Shown here: positions 36,716-49,335 of the stretch, piece by piece
Position numbering within the stretch: position 1 is the first letter of the stretch
Layout of the letters: each line of letters starts with the position of its first letter
From: Octopus sinensis
Lineage: Eukaryota
Direction: 5' to 3'
Length of the DNA: 64,000 nt
NCBI RefSeq assembly: GCF_006345805.1
Contig: NC_043000.1
Coordinates: 110,794,001-110,858,000 of the forward strand
The notes under the pieces: generated by a model
Told to the model about the DNA's origin: nothing
Database searches by the model: none
What the model saw: only the letters and a program-made list of their open reading frames with translations
Translations under genes and position numbers: made by a program

Positions 36716-37250
36716 AGAATGGTGCACCATTTTCAAAACTCCACTCTTTGGTCTGGATCAGCTTCACTGAGAGCCAGGACTCTTCTTGGAGTGTAACTTT
36801 TCCAATGACAGCATTTGATTTTGAAATTCCTTTCTTGCTTGCTACAAAGAATTTCTTGAACTCTGAAGGTGGTGAGCTGGCAGAAACGTTAGCACAGCAG
36901 GCGAAATGCATAGCCGTATTTTGCCTTTCATCCTTTTAGGGTCGATAAATTAAGTACAGAGGTTGACTTTGCCTTTCATCCTTTCGGGGTTGATTAATTA
37001 AGTACCAGTTATGCACTGGGGTCGATATAATCGACTTGATCCATTTGTCTGTCCTTGTTTGTCCCCTCTATGTTTAGTCCCTTGTGGGCAATAAAGAAAT
37101 AAGAATTTCTTGAGCTCTGACAATGTGTTCCTTGAACCCTTTCTTGCTTTATGGAGCTTGTTGATGTCTGCAATCTTCCAGAACATTTCTTTTGGGCATT
37201 CTGAACCATTAAGCCATGGTGCCTCGACTGTACAAGGCCATAGTAGAATG
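36716..37250 (-). mobile_element. Decayed coding fragment split by a SINE; possible BEL/Pao LTR-retrotransposon integrase remnant
   Basis: After removing the SINE, the minus strand reads ...KLHKARKGSRNTLSELKKFF... and, frameshifted, KCCHWKSY...PDQRVE/..APF. This loosely resembles the HHCC region of BEL integrases. Confidence 0.3.
36867..37100 (+). mobile_element. SINE family B with internal duplication and 20-bp TSD
   Basis: AAGAATTTCTTGA(A/G)CTCTGA occurs at 36847-36866 and 37101-37120. Confidence 0.9.
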
Positions 37251-38073
37251 TAATTGTTAAATATAGTGGAACTGGTCTTGAGTCTATGTGGTTAGGGGAT
37301 GGATTTCTTAACCACACAGCCATCATGTCTATAATGATAATTACAAAGAAGTTTTTAATTAAAATATGAATATTAAAAAAACCCCAAAAAACAGCCATGT
37401 GGTTTCAAGTTCAGTCCCACTGCATGGCACCGTGAACAAGTGTCTTCTACTCCAGCCTGGGCTAACCAAAGCCTTGTGAGGGGATTCGGTAAACAGAAAC
37501 TGAAATAAGCTTGTCGTGTGTGTGTGTGTGTGTGAGAGTGTGTGACTGTGTGTGTGTGTCTCCTTGCCTTGTGTGATAGTTATAAATGAGAGCCACTTGT
37601 CATAGGAACACTGTCATCCATTCCCAGTATTCTGTCATGAGGAAATATTACCTGGCTTGGAAAGAGGTGAGGGTTGGCAACAAGAAGGGCATCCAACTGT
37701 AGAAAATCTGCCTGAATAATAAGCTCCATCTAACCCATGCAAACATGAAAAAGATCTTAAAATGTTGCTGTTCATGATGATGATTCCGGTAAATTGGTAT
37801 GAAAAGGGTTCAGATATTGAATTCATATTCTTTAATTATATATTTCCTTCTTTTATACGAATACAATATTTTATATTACAAAGGTTCGGAGCTTCCTTAA
37901 TAAATCTAAAAACACACATACAAAAAAAACAAAACAAAACAAATAGGACACCATGGTTTTGTGGCTTCCACTAGAAATGGATTTCTTCACAAAAAAAAAT
38001 CTAGAGGTACATAAATAGGAAATAAATCTACTCTCACTCTCTCTCTCTCTCCATATATATATGTGTGTGTGTG

Positions 38074-38246
38074 TGCAGGAGTGGCTATGTGGTAAGTAGT
38101 TTGCTTACCAATCACATGGTTCCGGGTTCAGTCCCACTGCGTGACACCTTGGGCAAGTATCTCCTGCTATAGTCTTGGGCCGACCAAAGCCTTGTGAGTC
38201 GATTTGGTAGACGGAAGCTGAAAGAAGCCTGTCATATGTATGTATG

Positions 38247-38281
<35 letters not shown>

Positions 38282-38513
38282 ATGTGTGTGTGTTTGTGTG
38301 TCTGTGTTTGTCCCCCCCCCAACATCGCTTAACAACCGATGCTGGTGTGTTTACATCCCCATAACTTAGTGGTTTGGCAAAAAAAGACCGACAGAATAAG
38401 TACCAGGCTTACAAAGAATAAATCCTGGGGTCGATTTGCTTGACTGAAGGCGGTGCTCCAGCATGGCCGCAGTGAAATGACTGAAACAAGTAAAAGAATG
38501 AAAGAATAAAAGA
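38074..38513 (+). mobile_element. SINE family A, full length
   Basis: Similar to the other copies. Confidence 0.85.
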
Positions 38514-38545
38514 ATACATATATATATGTATGTGTGTGTGTGTGG

Positions 38546-38577
<32 letters not shown>

Positions 38578-38596
38578 TATATATGTGTGTGTGTGT

Positions 38597-38635
<39 letters not shown>

Positions 38636-38661
38636 TATATAGATAGATAGATACACATATA

Positions 38662-38719
<58 letters not shown>

Positions 38720-38783
38720 AGATAGATACACATATATGTGTGAGTGTGTATATGTAAACAGTTGTTTGTATCATATATGTGTG

Positions 38784-38837
<54 letters not shown>

Positions 38838-39604
38838 GTAGTATTTGCTGACTGAGTTGGTTTTTCTGAGCCGCCACCCAAATCAAGAGTTACAACTGTA
38901 GCAGCCTACAGAACTTCCAACTCATTTCCTGCCAACGGTTTAATTATTTGCTACTTCTCCTTCTTTCTTTCTTTCTTCTTTGATTCCATGGCAAGAAACT
39001 CTTATCACACTCTTGTTGCTGCTGCTGTGGGAAATACTTCTCACACACCCTCCCTCTCTCCTCCTCCCCCACCCCCTCTTCCTTCTCCCCCACCCCCTCT
39101 TCCTTATCCCCCTCTCCTCCCCCTCCCCCTCCCCCTCCTCCTCACTCTCTCTTTCTCTCTCCGTCCCTCTTCTCGTTTCTTGGTCTTTCTCTCTCTCTCT
39201 CTTCAAGTCAGCCCTTTTCTTTCACTGTTGCAAATTGAAGAATGTTATATATTGTCTGCAGAAGAAAAGTATTTTTATTTGTAATAGTCATTGTAGTCAT
39301 CATCATCATCGTTTAACGTCCGTTTTCCATGCTGGCATGGGTTGGACGGTTCGATTGGGGTCTGGGAAGCCAGGAGGCTGCCCCATGCTCCAGTCTGATC
39401 TGGCAGTGTTTCTACACCTGGATGCCCTTCCTAAGCCTGCATCCAGGCTTAGCTGGATGGGGGTGCTTGTCTCCCCTTTGTTAACATAAGGACACAGGAA
39501 ATGTGTCAAGGCTGACAGGAAGCGTTGATGCTTCCTAGGGCCAAATAGCTGTGGTGTAATTCCCTTCATGGGACTGTCACATTAAGTTGACAGTATACAA
39601 CTGC

Positions 39605-39638
<34 letters not shown>

Positions 39639-41323
39639 TTGTAAACAAGCACCATTATCATACAAGTGGTGTTGTTCATTTCCAGTCTTTCATGAAAAAC
39701 ATGTCTGGTCATTGTGAAACAAGAGGGTTGGCTACAGGGAAGGCATCCAGCCATAGAAAATCTGTCTCAACAAATCTGATCTGTGCAAGCATGGAAAACT
39801 GGAAGTTAAATGATGATGATGGATTCTGATCAAGATCGGCAAGGGAAGCAATTCTGGAATTAATATTAATTAGAAAATTATAAAGCAGATGGGAAGTGAA
39901 TGTCTGGCAGCACAATTGACAACTTATTCAATAGTTCCTGAAATATAGATAAATCAGGTGGAAAGAAGGAGGAGAGAAGGCGAGTATGGCAGAGGGAGAG
40001 ATCAGAAATGGCAAGCTAATGAAAAAAATCCGTAAATAGATATATTGATACGACAGGTCTGGTAAGGAGCTGTCTAAATCATTATCGAAGTAGAAGAAAA
40101 AGCACAATCTATAAATTACTTGAGGTGCAGAAATCTGGAATGGAAGGAAATGAATTCAGAAGTGGGGGGAAGAATCTGGCTGTCATTTGATATGTGAGGA
40201 AATTTCATTTAGTTTCCAACCAATTGTCGAAGATGGCACTCCTTTAAAATCAATGACAATACCATTCTGCAAATGTCAGTTCAAACTAGCTCCCATTATT
40301 TCCTCCTCTACCACCTCAAAACATCTTCCCTTGAATAAGCAACCATATTTTGAACGTCAGAATCATTTTTTTCAATGTTTTGTTTCACTTTTGTTTTGAT
40401 AACTGTGTTATTCTTTTGTTCTTTTACTCGTTTCTTTGTCAGCTTAGTACTTATTCTCGTTTGTCAAGCAATGTTGGTGGGGACAAACACACACACATAC
40501 ACACACACCACACACACACACATATATATATATATATTATATATATATATACACACACACATATATACATATATACGACAGGCTTCTTTCAGTGTCTGTC
40601 TACCAAATCGACTCACAAGGCTTTGGTAGAAGACACTTGCCCAAGGTTCCATACAGTGGGACTGAACCTGGAACCATGTGATGTTGACTTTCCTAAAATT
40701 CTCCCCCCCCCATCTTCTCCCTCCTCCCAAAACAGTTGAGATTTAGCATGTGTTTGATTAGAAGATATATCTCACTAACCAGGTGTGGCTGTGCGGTAAA
40801 AAGTTTGCAATCTAACCTCATGGTTCCGAGTCCAGTCCCACTGTGTGACACCTTGTGAAAATGTCTTCTACTATAAGCCCAGACTGACCAAAGCCTTGTG
40901 AGTCGATTTGGTAGGTGGAAACTGAGAGAAGCCCATCATATGTGTGTGTGTGTTACTGTCTCCTTGCCATGTCTATGACATGATAGTTGTAAACGAGTGT
41001 CACTGTCATACAAGCGGTGTCCTTCATTCCCAATCTTCTGTGGAAACATATTTTGACCATGGGGGAAATATTGCTTAGCTTGGAAACAGGTGAAAGGTTG
41101 GTGCCAAGAATGGTGTCTAGCTGTAAAAAAAAAATCCACCTTAACAAATTCCACCTGGCACCTACATGCAAAAATGGAAGCTATGAAGGAGAAGAAGAAG
41201 AAAGGGGGAAGAGGAGGAGGAGCTTATTTCAATATAAACAAATGGAATATATTTTTGGCTAGCCAACACTATTAAATTTTTTATCTTATAATTATATTAT
41301 TATTATTATTTTTATTATCATTA

Positions 41324-41718
41324 AGGTGGCGAGTTGGCAGAATCGTTAGCATGCCAGGCGAAATGCGTAGCCATATTTCGTCTGCTGTTACGTTCTGAGT
41401 TCAAATTCCGCCGAGGTCAACTTTGCCTTTCATCCTTTCGGGGTCGATAAATTAAGTACCAGTTACGCACTGGGGGTCGATGTAATCAACTTAATCCGTC
41501 TGTCTGTCCTTGTTTGTCCTCTCTGTGTTTAGCCACTTGTGGGTAGTAAAGAAATAGGTATTTTGTCTGTCTTTACATTCTGAGTTCAAATTCCGCCAAG
41601 ATCGACTTTGTCTTTCTTCCTTTCAGAGTTGATAAATTAAGCACCACTTGCGTACCGGGGTCGATCCAATTGACTGGCTCCTCCCCCCAAATTTCGGGCC
41701 TTGTGCCTAGAGTAGAAA
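41324..41718 (+). mobile_element. SINE family B followed by a partial second unit (dimeric)
   Basis: The central block is repeated at ~41395 and ~41578. Confidence 0.8.
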
Positions 41719-41819
41719 AGATTATTATTATTATTATGAATACAATCATCATCATCATCACAATCTTCAATACTGCTATTATTATTGCCTTCATAATTAA
41801 TATAAGATCTCTGCAGAGG

Positions 41820-42413
41820 AGACTGTGTAGTAGGAAGCTTGCTTCCCGACCACATGGTTCAGTACCACTGCATGGCACCTTGGGCAAGTGTCTTCTGCTA
41901 TGGCTCTGGGCTGACCAGTGCCTTGTGAGTGGATCTGGTACATGGAAACTGAAAGAAGCCTGTCGTATATATATATATATAAAGTTAATCCAAAAAAGAA
42001 AACACAAAAATACACAACAACGCGAGAACGTGGAACAAATATAGTATTATTGGACGCTCAGGAAAGAAGGGAAGAAGGAGAGTGTAACGTTTCGAGCGGA
42101 GCTCTTCGTCAGAAACATAGGAGAAGGAAAGATCCAGAGAAGGGAAGACAGAGGAAAAAAAATCGCCAACGGTACACACGAGGTCATATATATGTATGTA
42201 TGTATGTATGTATTTGTGTGTCTGTGTTTGTTTCCCCACCATCGCTTGACAACCGATGTTGGTATGTTTACTTCAGCGTAACTTTGCAGGTTGGCAAGAG
42301 AGACCAATAGAGTAAGTACTTGGCTTACAAATGATAAGTCCTGGGGTCAATTTGTTCTACTAAAGGCAGTGCTCCAGCATGGCTGCTGTCAAATAAGTAA
42401 AAGAGTAAAAGAA
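41820..42413 (+). mobile_element. SINE family A with a Penelope-like fragment (41984-42186, minus) inserted in its internal (TA)n
   Basis: The two SINE halves flank an insert that is near-identical to 2113-2292. Confidence 0.8.
42082..42116 (-). ncRNA. Minimal type I hammerhead ribozyme motif with intact core
   Basis: The minus strand reads GTTT-CTGACGA-A-GAGC-tcc-GCTC-GAAAC-GTT-ACAC. It has CUGANGA and GAAA boxes, a 4-bp stem II and palindromic AACGTT in place of stem III, as in Penelope-associated minimal hammerheads. Confidence 0.65.
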
Positions 42414-42552
42414 TCTAATATTTCAGTGACAACTGCCTTGTTTAATTAACAGATTAAAGAAAATAAGTGTTTAAAATTAAAGCTGTGGCTGGATTAACAA
42501 GTGTTCAATATGGTGTTCAATTGCAACTCTTTGACCAAATCCTCACTGCTGA

Positions 42553-42886
42553 GACCCCCTTCAGTCATGACTGACCATGAGATTGCACCTAGAAATTACC
42601 TTCCGAGGTACAAGTCCAGGCAAGGTTGTTTTTTATGGAAGGCCAGCAGTCGCCCATGCATACCAGCCTCCTGTTTCCATGCCACTAATGTTATCCAAGG
42701 GAAAGGCAAAGGGGCTGATACAGCTTGGCACCTGTGACGTTGCAACTCATTTCTACTGCTGTGTGAACTGGAGCAATGTGAAATAAAGTGTCTTGCTCAA
42801 GAACACAACATGCAGCCTGTTCATGGATTCGAACTCACAACCTCACAATCGTAAGCTCGATGCTCTAACCACTTAGCCATGCGCCT
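42553..42886 (-). mobile_element. tRNA-headed SINE (family D head, F-type tail), full length
   Basis: The minus-strand head reads GGCGCATGGCTAAGTGGTTAGAGC...GAGTTCGAATCC. Colinear with 31082-31403. Confidence 0.8.
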
Positions 42887-44794
42887 TAACAATCTCACTA
42901 TGACACCATGAACACTTAGAAATTATATTTCTAACCATATAAACCTCTTCGAATATTACTTTAGCAAATTTAAAGTGATTTCTTTTGTGCTATAAGCCAT
43001 TTACCATTTCTGTGATGCCCCCACCCCACTTTCCTTGGTGACCTAAGTATATGCTTAATTTGCTTGATGGTAACTCAGCATTGCTTATAAGGTGTTTGAT
43101 ATAGGGTTAGGGTTAATGGGGTTAGATATAGAATGGACTAGGAGGAGCATATATATGTAGTGTATGGGTGTAAGTTACAGTTTAGATAATAGCGAATTAG
43201 ATGCAAGATAAACTAATAGACTATGCAAATGGGGTATATTAATAATGTTATAGATAGGGTGTTGGGTAAAGGGTAGATTAATAGGATGTGAGGCGGTAGC
43301 TGCTTGTCATTAGTGTGAGCTTCTTAAAAGTTGAAAGCCTGTTGCTTGTATGTAAACATGGTTTTCTACTCTGCTGCCTGAAAAGGGTACTAAGCCTTAA
43401 TGATTTGGTAATTAAGTGTAGGATAAATTAGGCCAGTTGTGCTGTGATGAGAGGAGGAGTTGTTAATTTAAAGGTTTCTTTCACCTCTGCAGCTGTGCAT
43501 GTCTTGCAACATGTGTATGTTAGAGAGAGAAGTTACAAGTTGGAGGCAGCGGTGGTTTAGACAAACATAGATATCTAGAATGTTCTGTTGTGATACAAAC
43601 TGTTTTCTTAGATATAGAAAAATGGTGGGAGGGTGGCGAATAGCTGTAATAGTCAGGCTTCTAGGATTACAGGGGAACTATTAAGTGTGGCATCAGTTGA
43701 AGTAATAGAAGAGAAGGTTCTCGAGAGATTACTTAAAGCAGGAAATTAGTTAATCCAGTTATTAAGCTGGCAGAAAGTTTTTGAAAGTTTTCATTTTTCG
43801 TAATTAGGAAGTGTAAATGGTTAATAAGTGTCTCAGAAGAATAAGAGAAGCTTGAGGGTAACAGGAGGGTCTTTTAGTTAGAATGAATAACGTCCCCCTC
43901 TCCATTATCTATTGCTTTTTTTAAAGTACTAGAATGATATGGTGTCCTTTGATAAGGGTACTGTAAATTCTTCAATTCTTGCTGACACAGAAAGATGTTT
44001 TTCACTGTCTCTGAACTCTTTTTCAGCATTTGGTAGCATAAGTAGGTAAGAAGCTTGCTTCCTGACCATGTCATCCTAGAGTTCAGTCATACTGCATGAA
44101 ACCTTGGGCAAGTGTCTTTTGCTATTGCCCCAGATCAGCCAAAGTTTTTGAGCGAATTAAGTAGATGAAACTGTATTTAGCCTGTTGCTTGTGTGTGTGT
44201 GTGTGTGTGTTGGTGTTTCATTTGTGACTATGTAAGCAAAACAATACTGATATTGACATTGCTTGTTATTCTGGACTTTCAAAGACTTGTGGAATAAAGA
44301 CATCCCTTCACTTGAGAAATGGGTTAAAGGTTGGCAACAGGGAGAGCATCTAGCTGTATAGTCCTACCTCAAATCAGTCCTCATCCAAGCAATGTATTAG
44401 TTTTTGTATGTCTCATACAGGTAAGAAGTACTTCTAATTGTAATGAAGAACTCACCAGAGATTCTCAGTGACATCTACCAAGTAATTTCTTTGCATTGCA
44501 TCTCAAGTGATTTTCCTGTAAATTTTTTTAGTCTTGGCATTTGTAAGGTGTTGATAATTAGATTTCACATTAACTAAAATGACATCCTCTCATTAGATGA
44601 CATGGGTTAAAATCACAGAAACACCAATGAGATTATTAAAAAACAAATCTCCAAGGTTAATTACTCAGAGTTGCCATCTGCACAAAAAAAAAAAGAGAAA
44701 AAATGGTTAAATCAGTTTAAACATGAGTTAACAGTTGAACTTGTGGTGGATAAAACTATAAACAATAGCATGTAGATATTGGATGGAAAAACCC

Positions 44795-44866
44795 TTTGGA
44801 TGGGGGACTTGAACCTACATCTTGTGTAAGCATGACAGATGTTCTACCATTGGACCAAAGCAATCT
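44795..44866 (-). pseudogene. Decayed tRNA-like sequence (isolated SINE head or tRNA pseudogene)
   Basis: The minus strand has TGGTCCAATGGTAGA (A box) and GGTTCAAGTCC (B box) but no convincing acceptor stem. Confidence 0.35.
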
Positions 44867-45904
44867 TTTGAATTTCCGCATCCATTTTAGAAACTTTATT
44901 CTTACCAACGAGATTTGTATGGTGTTTATGTCATGGAATATAGAAACTCTGTGAGATTTCTTTTATCTTTTACTTGTTTCAGTCTTAAAACTGTGGCCAT
45001 GCTGGGGCATTACCCTGTGGAATTTTAGTTGAGTGAATCAACTCCAGTACATTATTTTTTATGTCTGGTATTTATTGTTTTGGTCTCTTTTGCCAAACCA
45101 CTAAGTTATGGGGAATTACTGGTTGTCAGGCAATGGTGGGTGAGGACAAAACACACACAAACACACAGACACACACATGTCTGCATATGATTAGCTTCTT
45201 TGAGTTTCCATTTACTAAATCCACCCACAAGGCTTTGCTTGGCTGGGGGCTATAGTAGAAGACACATGCTCAAGGTGTCATGCAGTGGGACTGAACCACG
45301 GGGGTGGGAAGCAAACTTCTTATCGCACTCCAGTGCCTGAAATAATCTTGCGTTTTTTATCTGAGGTTCTTGAAGTAGATAAAACCATGATAATTTATGA
45401 GTAGATAATGGATTTAAAAACCTTGGATAGAAAAAGCAGAAGACTACATCCTGTCTGTCGTGTTTACAGATGTGGGTTTTTATTCTACAGGCAACAGTTA
45501 AAAAGAATTATTCCACATTCTCTTGAAGCTTTAAAATTCTTGCCTTTTCAGAAAACACGTCACAATAAGTATAAATTATTGCAGTTATTTATGGATTACT
45601 TCACAATGTGTCTGACTTCAGATATTAAATCTCTGTAATAGAATGCAATGAAGTGTTTTCTAGTTGATCCATTGTGATTAGGCATCCAAATGCATTTGGA
45701 ACATTCAATAATGCTGAGTTCCATATCATTCCTTGATACTGTGTGGACTAAGATCCCTGTTGACAGGCTGCTGGTATTTATAGAGTATTAAACGCTTTCG
45801 GTATGCAAATTAGGGATCCTTCATAGAGTAACTGCTGCATTTGTTGAGTATATAAACAGTTTGGCTGATCGTTTCTCTGGGGACTTGTCAGAATGATGTG
45901 GATG

Positions 45905-45946
45905 CCTCTGATGAGAAACCCAATAAGGTTTGAAAATCGATTGAGG
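45905..45946 (+). ncRNA. Hammerhead-like motif, probably inactive
   Basis: Reads CCT-CTGATGA-G-AAACC-caataa-GGTTT-GAAA-ATCGAT-T-G-AGG. The core and stem II are present and stem III is palindromic, but the cleavage position is G. Confidence 0.5.
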
Positions 45947-46059
45947 TTGTTCATCATTTTTCAGTCTCTGGTTTATAATTACACCATACGTTACTTATAT
46001 AATTCAGTTTTTGGGATTAATAGATATGCGGGTATTCTGTTTCAGATAATACATTTCCC

Positions 46060-46371
46060 AGACCGGGCATTGTGAGTGTTTATTGAGCAAAAACCTAAAG
46101 TTCCACCAGGCTCTGGCAGGGAGTGGTTGCGAACCCTGCTGTACTCTTTCACCACAACTTTCTCTCACTCTTTCTTCCTGTTTCTGTTGTACCTGTATTT
46201 CAAAGGGGCCAACCTTGTCACACTCTGTGTCACGCTGAATCTCCCTGAGAACTACTTTGAAGGTACATGTGACTGTGGAGTGCTCAGCCACTTGCATGTT
46301 GATTTCATGAGCAGCCTGTTCCATTGATCAGATCAACTGGAACCCTCATTGTCGTAACCGATGGAGTGCCA
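46060..46371 (+). mobile_element. SINE (family G body, E-type tail), 5'-truncated
   Basis: The 5' part matches 34505-34625. The 3' part matches 21640-22172 and 22355-22515. Confidence 0.7.
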
Positions 46372-48421
46372 TAGTAATCATAACTAGTAATACTTCTAAG
46401 TATAGTAATCACCTGACCCCTATATTGGAAGCTGATTGGAGAACAATAATCTACATGGAGCTCTTACTCATACAGTAATAGCCATACGTTTAACTGTACA
46501 CACAAGATATAAATTCTTATGATGTAAACAACTTAGTGTAAACATAGTTAATGTAGTGAGCCATGGGAAATTTCATTAGAAAAACATATGTGGTGAGGAA
46601 AAGACAATATTAACTCAGTGACTAATGTTATTTTAATAAAATTTGGCCATAAAATTGTTTGGTTTCAGCAAATAATTTTATTAGTCACTGTATAAACAGG
46701 ACGAAATCTGCCAGTAGATTTATTGAATGAAATTTTTAAAACCATGAAACATCATAAAGAATGAGGTAATTTTATTGGAAAGTTGATGGGAATAAATCAG
46801 TTCTCATCTTATGACAGGAGATTGGGGAATCTTCTGAAGCTAAACAATAATAGAAGAATTTAAAATATTTGCAAAGAATCTCTGCTTTGAATGTGAAAAT
46901 CTGTCGTAGTTTTAAGCAAAATATGGGAATTATAAATATGAGTGGACATAAAATATATTCTGTGTGTGACAGATTTTAAAATTAGGTCCAGACTTAGCAG
47001 TGAAATATGTCTGGCAAACGGTGTTATATGAGGGCCATTGAGTGTTGTTAACTGTGATGGGTGGACCAACTACAAGAACTTTTAATTGGAACTGGCGTCA
47101 GATTTGATGTTGACATAAATATTTCCTATAATAGCCTTTAAAATCACCACCAACATCATTATTTCTACACCTACTGCCACCACCACCAGTACCACCGCTG
47201 CCATTGCCACCACTGCTACTGCCGCTGTCACCACCACCACCACCATTACCATTAGGATGGCTATTGCTATACTAGTCTGATTATTGCTTGGTTTTGTTGG
47301 TACTTCATAGCATTTCAATTGTGTGGAGGTTGTGATAATGTCAAAGTTTGACTTTTACCAGTGCACGGCTTCGAAAGAACTGCCCTGCTCTAATCACCAG
47401 AGCAGGAATAAGCTGCCTTGGGGTGGGACTTCACTAGTTTTCTGACTGGAATACCAAAACGATGACCCAACCAGTGGCACCATTTTATTTTATTTTTAGT
47501 GTGCATGAGCAATCAGGGCTAACTGCCCCACCCCTCCTATTTTCAATGAGTCAGTCTAATTGTGTATGCTACTAGAAATAACAGCCAAATCTCCCTCCTT
47601 TAGATAAATCTCTTTATTCAACTCAGTATGTATTTTTTGTTTTTACCTATTCTGTCAGTATCTTTTACTGGACTGCTAAGTTCCAGGGATGTAAACATAC
47701 CAAGCAGTGTTAGGGGAAACACACACACACACACATGATGGGCTTCTTTCAGTTTCCGCCTACCAAATCCTCTCATAAGGCTTTGGTCAGCCTAAGGCTA
47801 TAGAAAAAGACACTTGCCCAAGGTGCCATGCAGTGGGACTGAACCTGGAACCATGTGGTTGGGAAGCTGCACCTTTGGTCATAAATTTTTAAAATTGGTT
47901 GTATGGTTAAGAAGTTTGCTTTGCTACCATGTGGCTTCAGGTTCAGTTCTGTTGTATGGCATCTTGGGCCAGTATCTTCCTGCTACTGTGTGGAAGATCA
48001 TTATATGTATGTTTGTATATGTATGTTCATATTTTTCACCTCCTCCATGTCACTTGATGACTGGTGTTGGTTTATTTATGTCCCTGTAACTTAACAGTTT
48101 GGTCAAAGAAAACAAATACCAGACAAAAAAACAAGAATACTGGGGTCGATTCCTTTGACTAAAACCTTTCAAGGTTGTGCTCCAGTATGGCCTGCAGTTC
48201 AATAAGTGAAACAAGTAAAAGATAAAAGATAGTTTTTGGCAGGAATGTGCCATGAGATATATATATATATATGTGGGGGTAGTGCTATGGTTTCTGCTGC
48301 TATTCATAACCAACTTCTTTATATATCATGAGCAACATGCTGCTAGACCCGTCACACTGCTTCCAAATGTTGGGCCTCCAAAAATCGGCAAAAACCTCTC
48401 CTTGTGAAAACTTAGCCTTAA

Positions 48422-48642
48422 CCCTTTCATTATTGTATTTATTTTGCGATGCTGTGTGTTTCTTTCAATTACTTTAAATATAACAAAGAATTTAGTAAAA
48501 TAACTTAGTTATCATTCAGTTAGTGTCAGGAACATAAATTGTGACTAAGGTTTGGTGGAAGATTTTAATTCAACACTAATGAAAACCAGACATTTGTACT
48601 AAAGAGCCAGAGCTGGTTTCAGTCGGGTTGGTAACGGAAAGG
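48422..48642. mobile_element. piggyBac-like MITE
   Basis: TTAA occurs at 48418-48421 and 48643-48646. The termini are CCCTTTCATTA... / ...GGTAACGGAAAGG. Confidence 0.6.
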
Positions 48643-49335
48643 TTAACATAACCATGACTGTTTCTCAATGATGAGTCCTTCTTTTCCAGGGGAGAAGATA
48701 ACTTAACCCCCAACAGTTACTGGTCACCTTACAAAGCTCAGGTTAGGCCTGCAATGAAGTATTGCTGTCACATCTAGAATGGTGCTGCTGCACACCCAGG
48801 CATCCTAGGTTGCATCGAAATAAGGGTCACACAACAGATTAGCATCAGCTCACTCCCAGACATACTCTTGCCCCTATCTCACTGCCAGGCTGTTATTCCC
48901 AACCCACTTGTCTCTTCTTTTCTCCTCATGTTTGTTGATAGCTTCAATAATAAAAGAAACAGGCAAACCATATTTTGATAAAAATATAATAAAATCAAAA
49001 TTTTCTGGACAATGTAGACTAATAATTGCTCTCTTTTTGTAAAAGCTATATTCTTCCTACAAATACATTTAATCAGCCTTCTTCATTACAATATAGATGA
49101 AAGGCATGTCCATCATACCAGATTGAAAAAAAAATTGACAGAAAAATTGTCTGAGAAAAAATATTTACTCATTTTATTTTATCAAATATCTTTGCTATCT
49201 GAACAATTTATTTAGGGCAAGGTAGAAACTCAACATCTATCAACCAACTATGACACATTAGACAGTTGACCATCGTCTTCAGATTTAAAGTCTGCTGAAA
49301 AATAATGAAGGAATATTTCCAGAAAGATATACAGT

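Noticed and set aside
45785-45832. Minus-strand CTATGAAGG...CCGAAAGCGTT hammerhead-like string
   Set aside because: The first box lacks G5 and stem II is only 2 bp, too weak to call.
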